Source of the DNA: Scenedesmus sp. PABB004
Taxonomy: Eukaryota
Direction of reading: 5' to 3'
Assembly: GCA_014905635.1 (NCBI GenBank)
Contig: JABVCE010000008.1
Span: forward strand, 992,001 to 1,056,000
DNA length: 64,000 nucleotides
Shown one piece after another: positions 42,636 to 53,025 of this stretch. Positions within the stretch are counted from its first letter, which is position 1; each line of letters starts with the position of its first letter. The position numbers were made by a program, and so were the translations under genes. The notes beneath the pieces were generated by a model. The model saw only the letters and a list, made by a program, of their open reading frames with translations, did not search any database and had not been told where the DNA came from.

Positions 42636-44146
42636 ACCTTCTGCTGCTCCTGCAGCTGCTGCTGCTCCTGCAGCTGTTGCTGCCTCGCCACCGCCGCCGC
42701 CGCTGCGGCGTGCGGCGAGACCGCGTCCGCCACCATCATCGTGGCGGGCCCGTCCAGGGAGAGCGGGCTCACTTCGCGCGGCGCAAACAGGCCGCCCCGC
42801 GCACCGACGACGGGCGTGGCGCGCGCGCGCTTGGCCGCGAGCAGCACGCGCTGCGCCGCGCTGGCGGGCGAGCCGCCGCCCGCCGCGACCGACGCGGTGT
42901 CGGAGGAGAGCAGCGGCAGGTGCTGCAGCTGGTCCGCGACCTCCAGGATGTCGGGCGGCCGCCGCTTGCTGCGGCGGCGGCGGCGGCGCGCAAGGAGCGC
43001 GGTCGGCGGCACCCCGCGCCCGATGCGCGTGGCCGGCCCCCCGGCTGCCGCGCCGTGCCGCGCGCCGCACCCCGCCGCGCGCCGCGCCGCACCTGCCGCT
43101 GCGCGGCGACACCGCGGCCATCGGCCGCGCCGCCCAGGGGCTGAGCGGCTCGAGGTGGCGTGCCCGGCCGCCGCCCTTGACGTGCTCCACAAAGTCGTCC
43201 AGCAGCACCGGCCACGCGCTTGCGGGGTCATAGTTGCTCAGGTCTTCGTGCACGGTGCGGCTGAAGTCGAGCACCTGGCGCCACGTGTCCTCCAGCACCA
43301 CGCTCGCCTTGTGGTGCCCCCCGACGTACGCGCACCAGCGGTCGAGCAGCCGAAAGCGCCCCGCGAGCACCAGCCGCCACGCCGCGACCGCCGTCGTCAC
43401 CTGCACGGCGGCGGCGCGGCCGTGAGTGGCGCACTCGCCGCGCACCCTGCCGCCCGCCGTGCCTTGCCGCCGCGCCCCCCGCCCGCGCGCGCGCGCCTGC
43501 ACGTTGCGCTTGTTGGGCTCGCGGCAGATGAAGTAGACGAAGCGGTAAAAGGTGGGGAACAGCTCGGGGGCCATGCCCTGCAAGGCGCGCGGCGCGCGGC
43601 AGCGTGGGCGGCAGCGCGGCGAGCGGGGGCCGCCGGGCCGCTGCCGGCGCGCACGCAGAGCGCGCGGCGCGCGCGGCGCGCGCGGGCTCGCCTGCCAGTT
43701 GATCTGCGCGGCGTGCCGCTGCAGCAGCGCCAGCGCGTTGCTCCTGCGCGGCGCGGCGGCGGCGGCGTGGGCGCCCGGCGGCGCGGGCGCCCGGCGCCGC
43801 CCGTGCGGCGCGGGCCGCGGCCGCCCGCGCGGCCCCGCGCGCACCCGTAGACGCCCTTGGCCAGCAGCTGGTCGGACAGGGCGGTGAGCCGCGCCTTGCC
43901 GACCTCGAAGGGGTCGCGCAGGGCGCCTGCACGGCACGGCGCGCGCGAGCAGCGGCGGCGTTTGAGCGCGCGCCGCGCCGCGCCGGGCGTGCAGGGCGCG
44001 GGGCGCGGCGCGCGGGGCGCACCCGCGTACTCCAGGAACGCGGCCTCCAGCTCCGGCAGCGGCGTGGCGTGGCCGGGAGGCGCCGCGCCGGCGGGGAGGC
44101 CGGCCGTGCTGCTGCTGCCCTGCTGCGACGACGCCACCGCAGCCAT
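42158..44146 (-). CDS. DCN1-like (cullin-binding/PONY domain) protein with a long low-complexity C-terminus
   Basis: [21 protein letters not shown] / [26 protein letters not shown]...[37 protein letters not shown]. Confidence 0.9.
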
Positions 44147-44503
44147 GGCGCGCGACGCCGGGCCTTAATCCCGCGCCGCCATGCCGCGGCGCCGCGGCGC
44201 GGGGCGGCCCAGCGGCGACAGTCGACAGTCGACAGCGGCGTCGAGGCCGCAGGGCGACGCGGCGTGCGGCCCGATCGGCTGGAGTGCGCGGGCTGGGAGG
44301 AGTGCGGGCTGGCGGGGCGGAGCGCGGGGAGGCGGGGGGCGAGCGGGGCGGTGCGGTCGTGCTGGACCCTGCTCCGCTCGCCGTGTGCTCACTTGCGACG
44401 TGTGGCGCCCCTGACCGCCTCCCCGCGCGCCCCACGCACGCGCCCGGCTCGCTGTGCTCGGGGGACCCACGCAAGCAAGCGCGGCCCTCGCTCCTGCCTC
44501 CCG

Positions 44504-46817
44504 ATGGCGCAGCCCGAGGTGCTGGAGCTGCTGGACAGCCAGGACCTGGACGCGCCGACCCCGGCGAGCCGGCGCAAGCGCGCCCGCGCGGCGGAGGAGG
44601 AGCCGGGCGCCCCCCGCGCGGCCGGCGCGGAGGTCATCGACCTCGCCGGCAGCGAGCCCCTGGGTGAGCAGGAGCAGGGGACGCAGCGGCGGCAGCGCAG
44701 CGGGAGCGGCAGCGGCCCTGCCTGGCCGCCCGCGGCGGCGGCGGCAACAGCAGCGGCGGCGCGGGCGCCGGCGCGGGCGCCGGCGCGCCGCACGCGCGGC
44801 GCGGCAGCTCCAGGGCCCGGCAGCTGGACGGAGCGTGACAGGCAGCGCTGCGCCAGCAGCGCCGGCCCCCTCCGCTGCCGCTGCGCCGCGGCCGACGGCC
44901 GCCCGCGCTCGCCGCCGCGCAGACGCGAACAACCACCTCGCCCAGCCGCAGCCGGCCGGGCTCCCTGGCGAGACGGCGGCGGCGCAGCAGGTGCGGGCGG
45001 CGGGCGGCGCGCGCGAGGGGCGCCCCGCGCAGTCGCTGTCCCGCGCGCGCGTGTGGTCGCCGTCGCGCTCATGCATGCCCGCGCGCCGCGCCCGCCGCGA
45101 CGCGCAGCAGGCGGCCGAGGCGGCGGCCGCGCAGCAGCTCGTGTGGGGCGGCCACGGCGCGCGCCTGCCGCGGCAGCGCGCGCACGCCGGCAGCGAGGCG
45201 GCCGCCGAGCCGGGCGAGGGCGCCGCGGACAAGCGGCGGCGGCTGGCTGGCCAGCGGCCGCGCTCGTGCGCGCCGGCGCCCGCGGCGGCTCCCCCGCCGC
45301 AGCAGCAGTCCCAGCAGCAGCCGCCGCAGCAGCAGTCCCAGCAGCAGGTGCAGCAGCAGCAGCAGCAGGTGCAGCAATCTCAGTCCCCGCAGCAGCAGGA
45401 GCAGCAGCAGCAGCCGCCGGCGCGGCGGCAGCGGCGCCAGCCGGCGGCGGCGATCCTGATCGACGACGACCCGCCTGGCGGCGAGCCCGACGCGGACGTC
45501 GCCGGCGCGGCGTCGGCGGCGCTGCAGCCGCGCAGCGCCCTCGGCGCGACACTCGCGATGGCGGCGATGGCGCGCGCGGGCGGCCGCGGCGCCGCGCCCG
45601 CCGCGATCCCCGGCAACCCGCGCTTCGGCAGCCAGGCCTCGCACATCGCCGCGGTGGCGGCGCGGCGGCGGCGGCGGCGGCGGCCGGCGGCAGCGGCGGC
45701 CGGGCGCCGGGCCTGGACCAGGCCGCGGGCCAGCGGGCGCTGCACAAGGCGCTGGCGGCGTCGCGCGGCGCCCGGGCGCCGTTCGGCACCGCCGGCGGCA
45801 GCTTTGACGACGCCGACGCGGCGGCCAGGCTGGCTCAGGAGGAGGAGGACGCGGCGCTGGCGCGCCGCCTCATGGAGGAGGAGCGGCAGGCCGTGCAGCA
45901 CGAGGCGGCGGAGCGATACCGGGTGCGCGCACAGGCGGCCGGGCGCTGGGGCAGCAGGCGCTTTTTAGCGGCGGCGGCGGCGGCGGCGGCGGCATGCGCT
46001 GCTGGCCGCTCACCGGCGCCTGCCCGCGCTGGCGCATCGCGCGCAGGCGCGGCTGGAGGCGCCGGACGAGGCGGCAGGCAGCGGCGCGGGCGGCGGCGCG
46101 GCGGCGCGGCGGCGGCGCCGCGGCGGCCGCGCGCCGGCGCAGCCCGCGCACACCTACGCGGCGGCCGCCGGCCCGCCCGCGCACTGGGGCGGCGCGCTGG
46201 CGCAGGCGCTGATGACGCTGCCGTCGCGCTGGGGCGGCCCGCCGGCGGGCGCGGCGGGCGCGGGCGCGGGCGCGGCGGCGGGCTGCCGCCGGGCCTGGGC
46301 GCGATGCGCGACGCGGTGCTGGGCATGCAGCGCGCGGGGCTGCCGCCGCAGATGCTCTTCAGCGACCGTGACTTCACCGCGGGTGCGGCGCCGCGCCGGC
46401 CGGCCGACGCGGCGCCGCGCCGCGGGCAGTCGGTGCCCAGGGCCCCGCCCGCGCGCGGCGCGCCTGCCGCGCCGCGCCGGCCGGCCGACGCCGCGCCGCG
46501 CCGCGCCGCGCCGCGCCGCGCCGCGCGCAGACGACTACGAGGCGCTGTGCCGGCTCGACGAGGGCGTTGAGAACCGCAGGGGCGCGAGCGCGGCGGCCAT
46601 CGCGGCGCTGCCGACGCAGACGGTGCCCGCGGGCGGCCTTGCGGGCGTCGCGGGCGAGCGGCTCGGCTGCGCGGTGTGCCTTGAAGAGTTTTGCGAGGGC
46701 CAGGAGCTGCGCACGCTGCCCTGCCTGCACCGCTTCTGCAAGCCCTGCATCGACCAGTGGCTCGCGCAAAAGGCGGCGTGCCCGGTCTGCAACCGCGGCT
46801 GCGACGTCGGCGAGTGA
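44504..46817 (+). CDS. RING-finger E3 ubiquitin ligase with N-terminal SIM-like motifs
   Basis: C-terminal CAVCLEEF...[28 protein letters not shown], preceded by [17 protein letters not shown]. The middle exons are uncertain, with apparent frameshifts at ~45680 and ~46270. Confidence 0.85.
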
Positions 46818-47041
46818 GCGGGCGAGCGAGCGCGCCGGCGGCGGCGCGCGCCGCGGGCGCGCGCGGCGGGCGGCGGCGGGGGTGGGCTAGGAGTGGGGCC
46901 GGCAAGCACGAGCGTAGCGCAGTTGGGCGGCGCGGGTGCGTGGGCCGGACTCGGCGTCGGCGAGGCCGCAGCGCGCGCCCGCGCCGCGGGCGGTTTGGCG
47001 CGCCAGACCGCTGACGACCGAGCGTCACGGAGAGCGGCCGC

Positions 47042-47046
47042 TGTAA
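47042..47046 (+). promoter_or_regulatory. TGTAA polyadenylation signal of the RING gene
   Basis: 225 bp after the stop codon, in a locally AT-richer context. Confidence 0.6.
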
Positions 47047-47152
47047 CATCAGTTGCACCCACACTCTCTCGCTGATGGCAACCTTGCAGCCGCGCCAGCA
47101 CGTGCGCCGCCCGCCGCCGCTTCGCTGCGCCGCGCTGCGCCGCGCCGCTGCC

Positions 47153-48638
47153 ATGCAGCGCTCCGCCGCCGTGCCATGCAAACGGCGACACGAGCAGGAG
47201 GGGCGGCAGGAGACGAGCCAGGCGCGTGTGGAGATCGGGGGTCCAGCGAGCGCTGCGGCGGCGGGCCGGCGGGGGGCAGCAGCAGCGACGGCGCCCCGCG
47301 CCCACCGCGTCCGCCTGCCGCTCGCAGGACGAGGAGGTGAGACCCCTGCTGTACCCTGAGATCGCGCCCGGCGGGGGCGCTGCGGCGCTGCCCACGGCGC
47401 CGGCGGCGCTGTCGGACGGCGAGCAGGAGGGCGACCTCGCTGACGCTCCCACCGACGCTGAGGCCACGCTGATGATGCTGCGCAGCCAGCTCTACCCCGA
47501 CCCGGCCGCCGCGGCGGCTGCCGCCGCGGCGACCGCGTCGACGCGGCACGCGAAGCGCAGCCGCGGCGCGGCGGGGCCCTCGCGCGCCGCGGCCGCGGCC
47601 GTGGCCGCCGCCGCGGCGTCCGCCGCGGCGGCGGCGGGCCTGCCGCGCCTCATCCTGCGCAGCCAGCTGTACACGGTCCTGTCGGACCGCACCGCGGTCG
47701 ACCGCGATCTCGAGGCCCTGCGCGCCGCGGGGCGCGCGCGGCTGTTCAAACTGGGCACAGGTGCGCGCGCCGCGCGTGCGCGCGCGCGCTGCTGCGGCCC
47801 GGCGGCCGGCCGGGGCGCGCACGCCGCCGCCGGGCGCGGCGCGGCGCAGGGGCGCCGGCCGCCGACGGCCGCGGCCGCCGCCGCCGCGCGCGCACGCGCC
47901 GCGCCCGCAGGCGCGGACGAGTACGTGGTGCTGCTGGCTGGGGACTACCTGGCCATGATTGATGCCCTCATCGCGCACCACACGGCGGCAGCTGCGGACG
48001 GCGGCTGCAGCGGCGACGGCGCGCCGGGCGGCGCGAGCGCCGCGCAGCACGCGGCGGCCGCGGCCACGCTGCGCCTGTTCCGCGCGCGCGTCGTGCCCGC
48101 GTGCCGCGAGCCGCACGTGAGCCGGGAGGAGCTGCTGGCCCTCATGGCCGCGCCGCCGACCGGCGCCGCCGCCGCGCCCGCGGGCGCGGCCGCGCCGCCC
48201 CCGGCGCCGCCGCCGGCCGCCGAGGTCGAGCGCCACCTGCTCGCCGCGGAGCTGGTGTGCCGCGCCGACGGCCGCGGGCCCGAGGGCTACGCCTTCACCG
48301 TGCCGCGCGCGGCGGCGTGGGTGCGCAGCGTCGTGGCGGGCCGGCAGGAGCTGCTCGCGGCGCTGGGGCGCAAGAAGTGAGCGCGCGCGCCGCCGGCGCC
48401 GCGCCCCGCTCGCCGGCGTCGCGCCGCGGCTTTGCGAAGGCTCGCCGCCGCCGGCTGCCGGCGCCGCCGCCGCCGCGGCAGGTACCGGGAGCTGCTCGAG
48501 AAGGAGGCCGCGTGCCTGAAGCTGCGCGGCAGCGTGCTCACGCCGGCGTTCCACCTGCGAGACCTGCAGGGCCGCGGCCTGGTGACGCTCGCCGACACGA
48601 CAGCCGGCAGGCTCGTGCGGCTGGTCAACCGGAAGTGA
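47153..48638 (+). CDS. STK19: STK19-like winged-helix DNA-repair protein, 4 exons
   Basis: Contains LPRLILRSQLYTVLSDRTAVDRDLEALR...RLFKLGTG, GRQELLAALGRKK/YRELLEKE and FHLRDLQGRGLV...TTAGRLVRL. The start codon is inferred via a GC-AG first intron. Confidence 0.85.
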
Positions 48639-48665
48639 CGGCGCAGCGTGCTCGGGCGGCGGCGC

Positions 48666-49009
48666 CGCGTCGGCCGCGGCGGCCGACGCCATCCCCGGGA
48701 TCGCCAGGCAGGCACTGCGCCTGCGACGAGGCTCGCAGCTGGTGTGGGGGCGCCATGCGGCCGCGTCGGTGATGGCGCCCCCGCAGCACCCGTGTCGATC
48801 GGCCGAGGCGCGGCTCAGGGCGGCACGACCGCGGGCGCACCGCGCGGCGCGCGCGCGTGTGTCCCTGCGCGCGCGATCGGACGCGCGCGACGTAACGAGT
48901 TACCCTCCAGGGCGTGCGTGGCACGCGCGGCGCCCGCGGGCCCCCATCCCGCGCCGCCGTGGCCGCGCCGCCGCCCCACACCGTGCGCAGCGCCCCGTCC
49001 CGCCCGCCC
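48666..49009 (+). repeat. Direct repeat, left copy (~344 bp)
   Basis: Near-identical to 50659-51002 (offset 1993). Confidence 0.93.
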
Positions 49010-49101
49010 CGTCGCCTGCCGCTGCGGCTCCGCCGCAGGCGCGCGCCTCCATCGCCGCGGCCACCGTCCCTGGGCAGCGGCAGGCCTGCCGCTCATGCTG
49101 A

Positions 49102-50685
49102 CTAGGCCGGCAGGTCGTCGGCCTCGTAGGCGCTGGCGTAGTAGTGCGTGGGCGGCGGCAGCGGCAGCACCCCGCGCCCGCGCGCGCCTGCGAGCAGGCT
49201 GGTCCAGAACGTGTCGGCCGCCGTGCACCCGTCGGCGTAGTGGCCGCGCCGGCAGCGCTTGAGGAGCGCCAGGTGCAGCACGCCGTCGTCTGCCGGCGCG
49301 GCCGGCGCGGCCGGCGAGCGCGGGTGACCGCCGTGGCGGGCAGGCGCCCTTGGCGTGCGGCGCGCCGCCCCGCGTCACGACGCAGCAGCTCCGGCGGGCT
49401 CGCGCGCGCGCACCGCAAAACCAGGTGCTCTCCTCTGCCTTGACCTCGGCCGCGAGCTGCCCCGCCAGCAGCACGTCGTCGCCCGACGCGACGACCTCGA
49501 GCGACCGCGGCGCCAGCGCCACGCGCACCTGCGCGGCCGGTGCCCGGTGCCCGGCCGCCGCTCGGCCGGCCGCGGCGGCCGCCGCTGCCGCGTGCGCGCG
49601 GACGTGCGCACGCCCCCGCTGCCGCTGCCGCGCCGCGCCTGCTTGCCGCCGACGCCGCGCGGCAGGCGCACAAACACCTCGACGTGGCTGAGGCTCTGCC
49701 GCCACTTTAGGCGGGTCCCGTCAAGGCCGAGGCCGGCGGGCACGGTCAGTGCCGCCCACGCGCGCTCGCTCGTGCTCGCCGGCTCGGCCACGGGCGCCGG
49801 CGGGCGCTCCGCGGCCGGCGCCGGCCCGTAGCGCGGCGCTGCGGCAGAGGCGGGCCCGGTCAGGCGCGGGGTGGGGCGGCCCGCCGCGTGCACACGGCGG
49901 GCCCGCCGCGTGCCGGGCGGCGCGCGCGCGCGAGCCGGCCTGGCCGCGGCCGTGCGCGCGGCGCGCGCACCCGCGGGGCGCGGGTCGGCGCGGCCGTACA
50001 GCCCCGCCAGCACCTCGTCCCGCGAAAGGCCGAGCCAGCCGCCGGGCCGGCCCGCGCGCTCGAGGCGCTCCACCTCGTCGTCCTGATATCAGGCCGCATC
50101 GACGCGGCCGCGGCGGCGGCTGGCTGAGCTGGCTGACCAGGGTCGCGACGCGCGCGCCGGCCGGGCCGGGCCATGCGGCGCTCCGGGTCCGCACCTGCAG
50201 CGCCGCGAGCTTGCCGTGCGCGCGCAGCCACGCCGCAAAGCGCGGGTCGGAGGGCTCCACCGCGTCGGCAAAGTCATTGCGCCGGCAGGCCGCCGCCCGG
50301 TGGAAGGGCCAGTATGCCTGGCGGTGCGGGCGCGGCGCGCCGCCGGGTGCCGCGGGCGGGCGCCGGCGGGGGCGGCGCGCGCTGCCCTCCCCACACCCAC
50401 ACCCTCCCCGGCGGCGGGCCGTGCGCGCGCGCCGCGGCCGCCGCGCGCACCCGGTGGCACTTGAGCGAGCAGAACATCGCCGCGTGACAGCGGCTGCAGC
50501 GCAGCAGGCCCTCGGTGGCGCCGCAGTTCTCTGCGGCGGCGCCACGCCCGCCGCAGCCGGCAGCTCGCGCCGCAGCAGCTGCGGCGTGGAGGAGCGGAGC
50601 GGCGGCGGCGCCAGCGCGCGCAGCGGCGGCGGCGGCGCCCACCGCACTCCGGAGCGCCCGCGTCGGTCGCGGCGCCCGACGCCAT
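49102..50685 (-). CDS. zf-MYND + CS (p23/NudC-like) domain protein, ~7 exons
   Basis: MYND: NCGATEGLLRCSRCHAAMFCSLKCHR/AYWPFHRAAAC. CS: KWRQSLSHVEVFVRLP...VRVALAPRSLEV...LLAGQLAAEVKAEESTWFC/DDGVLHLALLK...FWTSLL. Confidence 0.85.
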
Positions 50686-51002
50686 CCCCGGGATCTCCAG
50701 GCAGGCACTGCGCCTGCGACGAGGCTCGCAGCTGGTGTGGGGGCGCCATGCGGCCGCGTCGGTGATGGCGCCCCCGCAGCACCCGCGTCGATCGGCCGAG
50801 GCGCGGCTCAGGGCGGCACGACCGCGGGCGCACCGCGCGGCGCGCGCGCGTGTGTCCCTGCGCGCGCGATCGGACGCGCGCGACGTAACGAGTTACCCTC
50901 CAGGGCGTGCGTGGCACGCGCGGCGCCCGCGGGCCCCCATCCCGCGCCGCCGTGGCCGCGCCGCCGCCCCACACCGTGCGCAGCGCCCCGTCCCGCCCGC
51001 CC
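50659..51002 (+). repeat. Direct repeat, right copy; covers the MYND-CS start codon and most of the divergent intergenic region
   Basis: Contains the CAT at 50683-50685 and runs to within ~80 bp of the ATG at 51080. Confidence 0.93.
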
Positions 51003-51079
51003 GATCAGCGCCTGGCCGAGCCGCAGGCCACCTCCGCCCGGCTCATTTTCTTCCGCAGCTCGCCGGAAGCGGCGACACG

Positions 51080-52452
51080 ATGTCGAGGACCGCCCTCGTC
51101 GCCCTGGCCGCGCTGGCGTGCGTCGCGGGTGCGTCCCGAGCGCGCCGGGCGGGGGATCGCGTCGATGCCAGCGCGGCCGGCCCTGCGCGGCACCGGGCGC
51201 CCGCCGGCCGCGCGGGCGTGCCCCGGGTCGATCCGGCATGGCGCCGGCGTCGGGGCGCCAGTGCCCCGCGGCCGACTCGCGGCCAGCAGGCCGGCGCGGG
51301 CGCCGCCGACCGCTGCCGAGCGGTGCTGCCGCCGCCCGCCGCCCGCCCGCCGCGCGCAGGCCTGGCCCGTGCCGCGCCCGAGGACGCGCTGCCGCGCAAG
51401 ATCATGTGCGCGCGCTGGCGCCGCGCGCGCGCGCATTCTCGCGGCACGTGGCAGCCACGTGTCACGGCCGCGGCGCCCACGTGACCATCATGCCCCGCGA
51501 CGCCCCTCTGCGCGCGCCCGCAGGACGCCCGGCGCCGCCGACCTGCCCGTCAGCTGCGGCGACCACAAGGCCAAGCACGCGTGCCTGGGCGGCGCGCAGG
51601 AGGGCGCGTGCGCGTGGTGCGAGGGCGACTACATGCCCGCGAGCTGCGTCGCCGAGGCGGCCGCGCGGCACCTGCCCGAGACCGTCGCGCGCTGCAAGAT
51701 GCCGCCGTCCAAGCCCGCCGCGCTCGCGGTGCGCCGCGCCGCCGCCGCGGCCCGGCGAGCGCGGGGCCGCCGCGCGGCGCCCCGGCGCCCGCAGCGCGGG
51801 CGGCCCGCGCGCGCGCGCGCGCGCGCGCCGACCGCGCGCCGACCGCGCCCCGGCGCGCGCCGACCGGCCCGGCGCGCAGGCCGCGCCCGCCGCGGAGAAC
51901 AAGGGCAAGGGCAAGGGCAAGAAGGCCAAGACGCCCGCGACGTGCGCCGACAACGCCGACAAGCACGACTGCCTCCACCTCGGCGCGGAGGAGGGCGACT
52001 GCTCGTGGTGCTCCGGCGGCTACATGCCCGCGACGTGCATGGCCGACATGGCCGCCAAGTACCTGCCCGCGATGGTCGCGACCTGCAAGCAGTCCAAGAA
52101 GCACCGCGACCACGCCGACGACGACGCCGCGCTCGCGTCGTCCGGCGGCGCCGACTGGCCGTCCGGCGGCGGCGACTGGCCGTCCGGCGGCCAGGGCGGC
52201 AAGGGCAAGGGCCCGGCGCCGGGCCCGCCCGGCCCGGGCATGGGCTGCGCGAGCGCCAAGACCAAGAAGGCCTGCCTCAAGACCAAGGGCGCCGCGGGCG
52301 GCTGCGCGTGGTGCGAGGGCGGCTTTGCCGCGGGCATGGGCCCCTGCCTCGACGAGATGGCTGCCAAGTACATCCCCGGCGCAAAGTGCAAGTTCCCCAA
52401 GAAGAAGGACGCCGCCGCCGCCGACGACGACGCCGCCGTCGCCGCGTCCTGA
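51080..52452 (+). CDS. Small secreted protein with three PSI-like Cys repeats
   Basis: Signal peptide MSRTALVALAALACVAG/LARA. Three C..C..C(A/S)WCxG...C....A(K/R)(Y/H)(L/I)P...CK modules. Confidence 0.75.
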
Positions 52453-52838
52453 GCGCGCCCGCCGCCGGTCGACCCCGGCCGGGGTCGCCGCGCGCGCGGG
52501 GGGAGCGCGCGCCCGCGCGCGCCCTGCTGCGCCCGTCTGCGCCTGTGTGTCTGTGATGTGTGCCAGGTTGCTCAGCGGCGCGACGCCGCCCTCGTCCAGG
52601 CTGCACTTGTGTGTTGCACCCATGCGCGCCCACGCGCACGCCAGTTTTGATCGCTAATTGCGCCCGCGCCTCGCCGCGTTGCGCCCGGCGGCCCCGTCGC
52701 GCCGTCGCCAACGCATGCTGCGGCCTTGGCGCCCGCGCAGCCCGCCACGAACGCATGCCTGTGAGGAGGAGGAGGAGGGCCCGTCTTTCTGCCGACCGCC
52801 GTGGGCGGTGGCGCCGCACGCTGCGGCGGCGGCAGCGC

Positions 52839-52843
52839 TGTAA
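52839..52843 (+). promoter_or_regulatory. Candidate TGTAA polyadenylation signal
   Basis: ~390 bp after the stop codon at 52452. Confidence 0.5.
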
Positions 52844-53025
52844 ATGTGATGCTCTCCACGATGCCTTGCCGTGCGAACGATGCCCGGCCGCGATCGGCGA
52901 GGGTCGCACGCCGCGAGAAGACGTTAGTTCCATTCGCCTTCCGCTCGCGGGCTGCAGCCGCGCGGCGCCTCCCCGGCGCGCCCACACCCAAGGCATGGCG
53001 GCGAAGAGTCTCTGGAGCAGAGGGC

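Noticed and set aside
47049..48692. 547-aa antisense ORF starting at the duplicated ATG
   Set aside because: It is antisense to STK19, runs through its introns and has no protein-like motifs. It is kept only as a possible antisense transcript.
48666..51002. Direct repeats as LTRs of a retroelement
   Set aside because: I found no TG...CA ends, primer-binding site or gag/pol. The interior is an intron-containing cellular gene whose start codon lies within the repeat.
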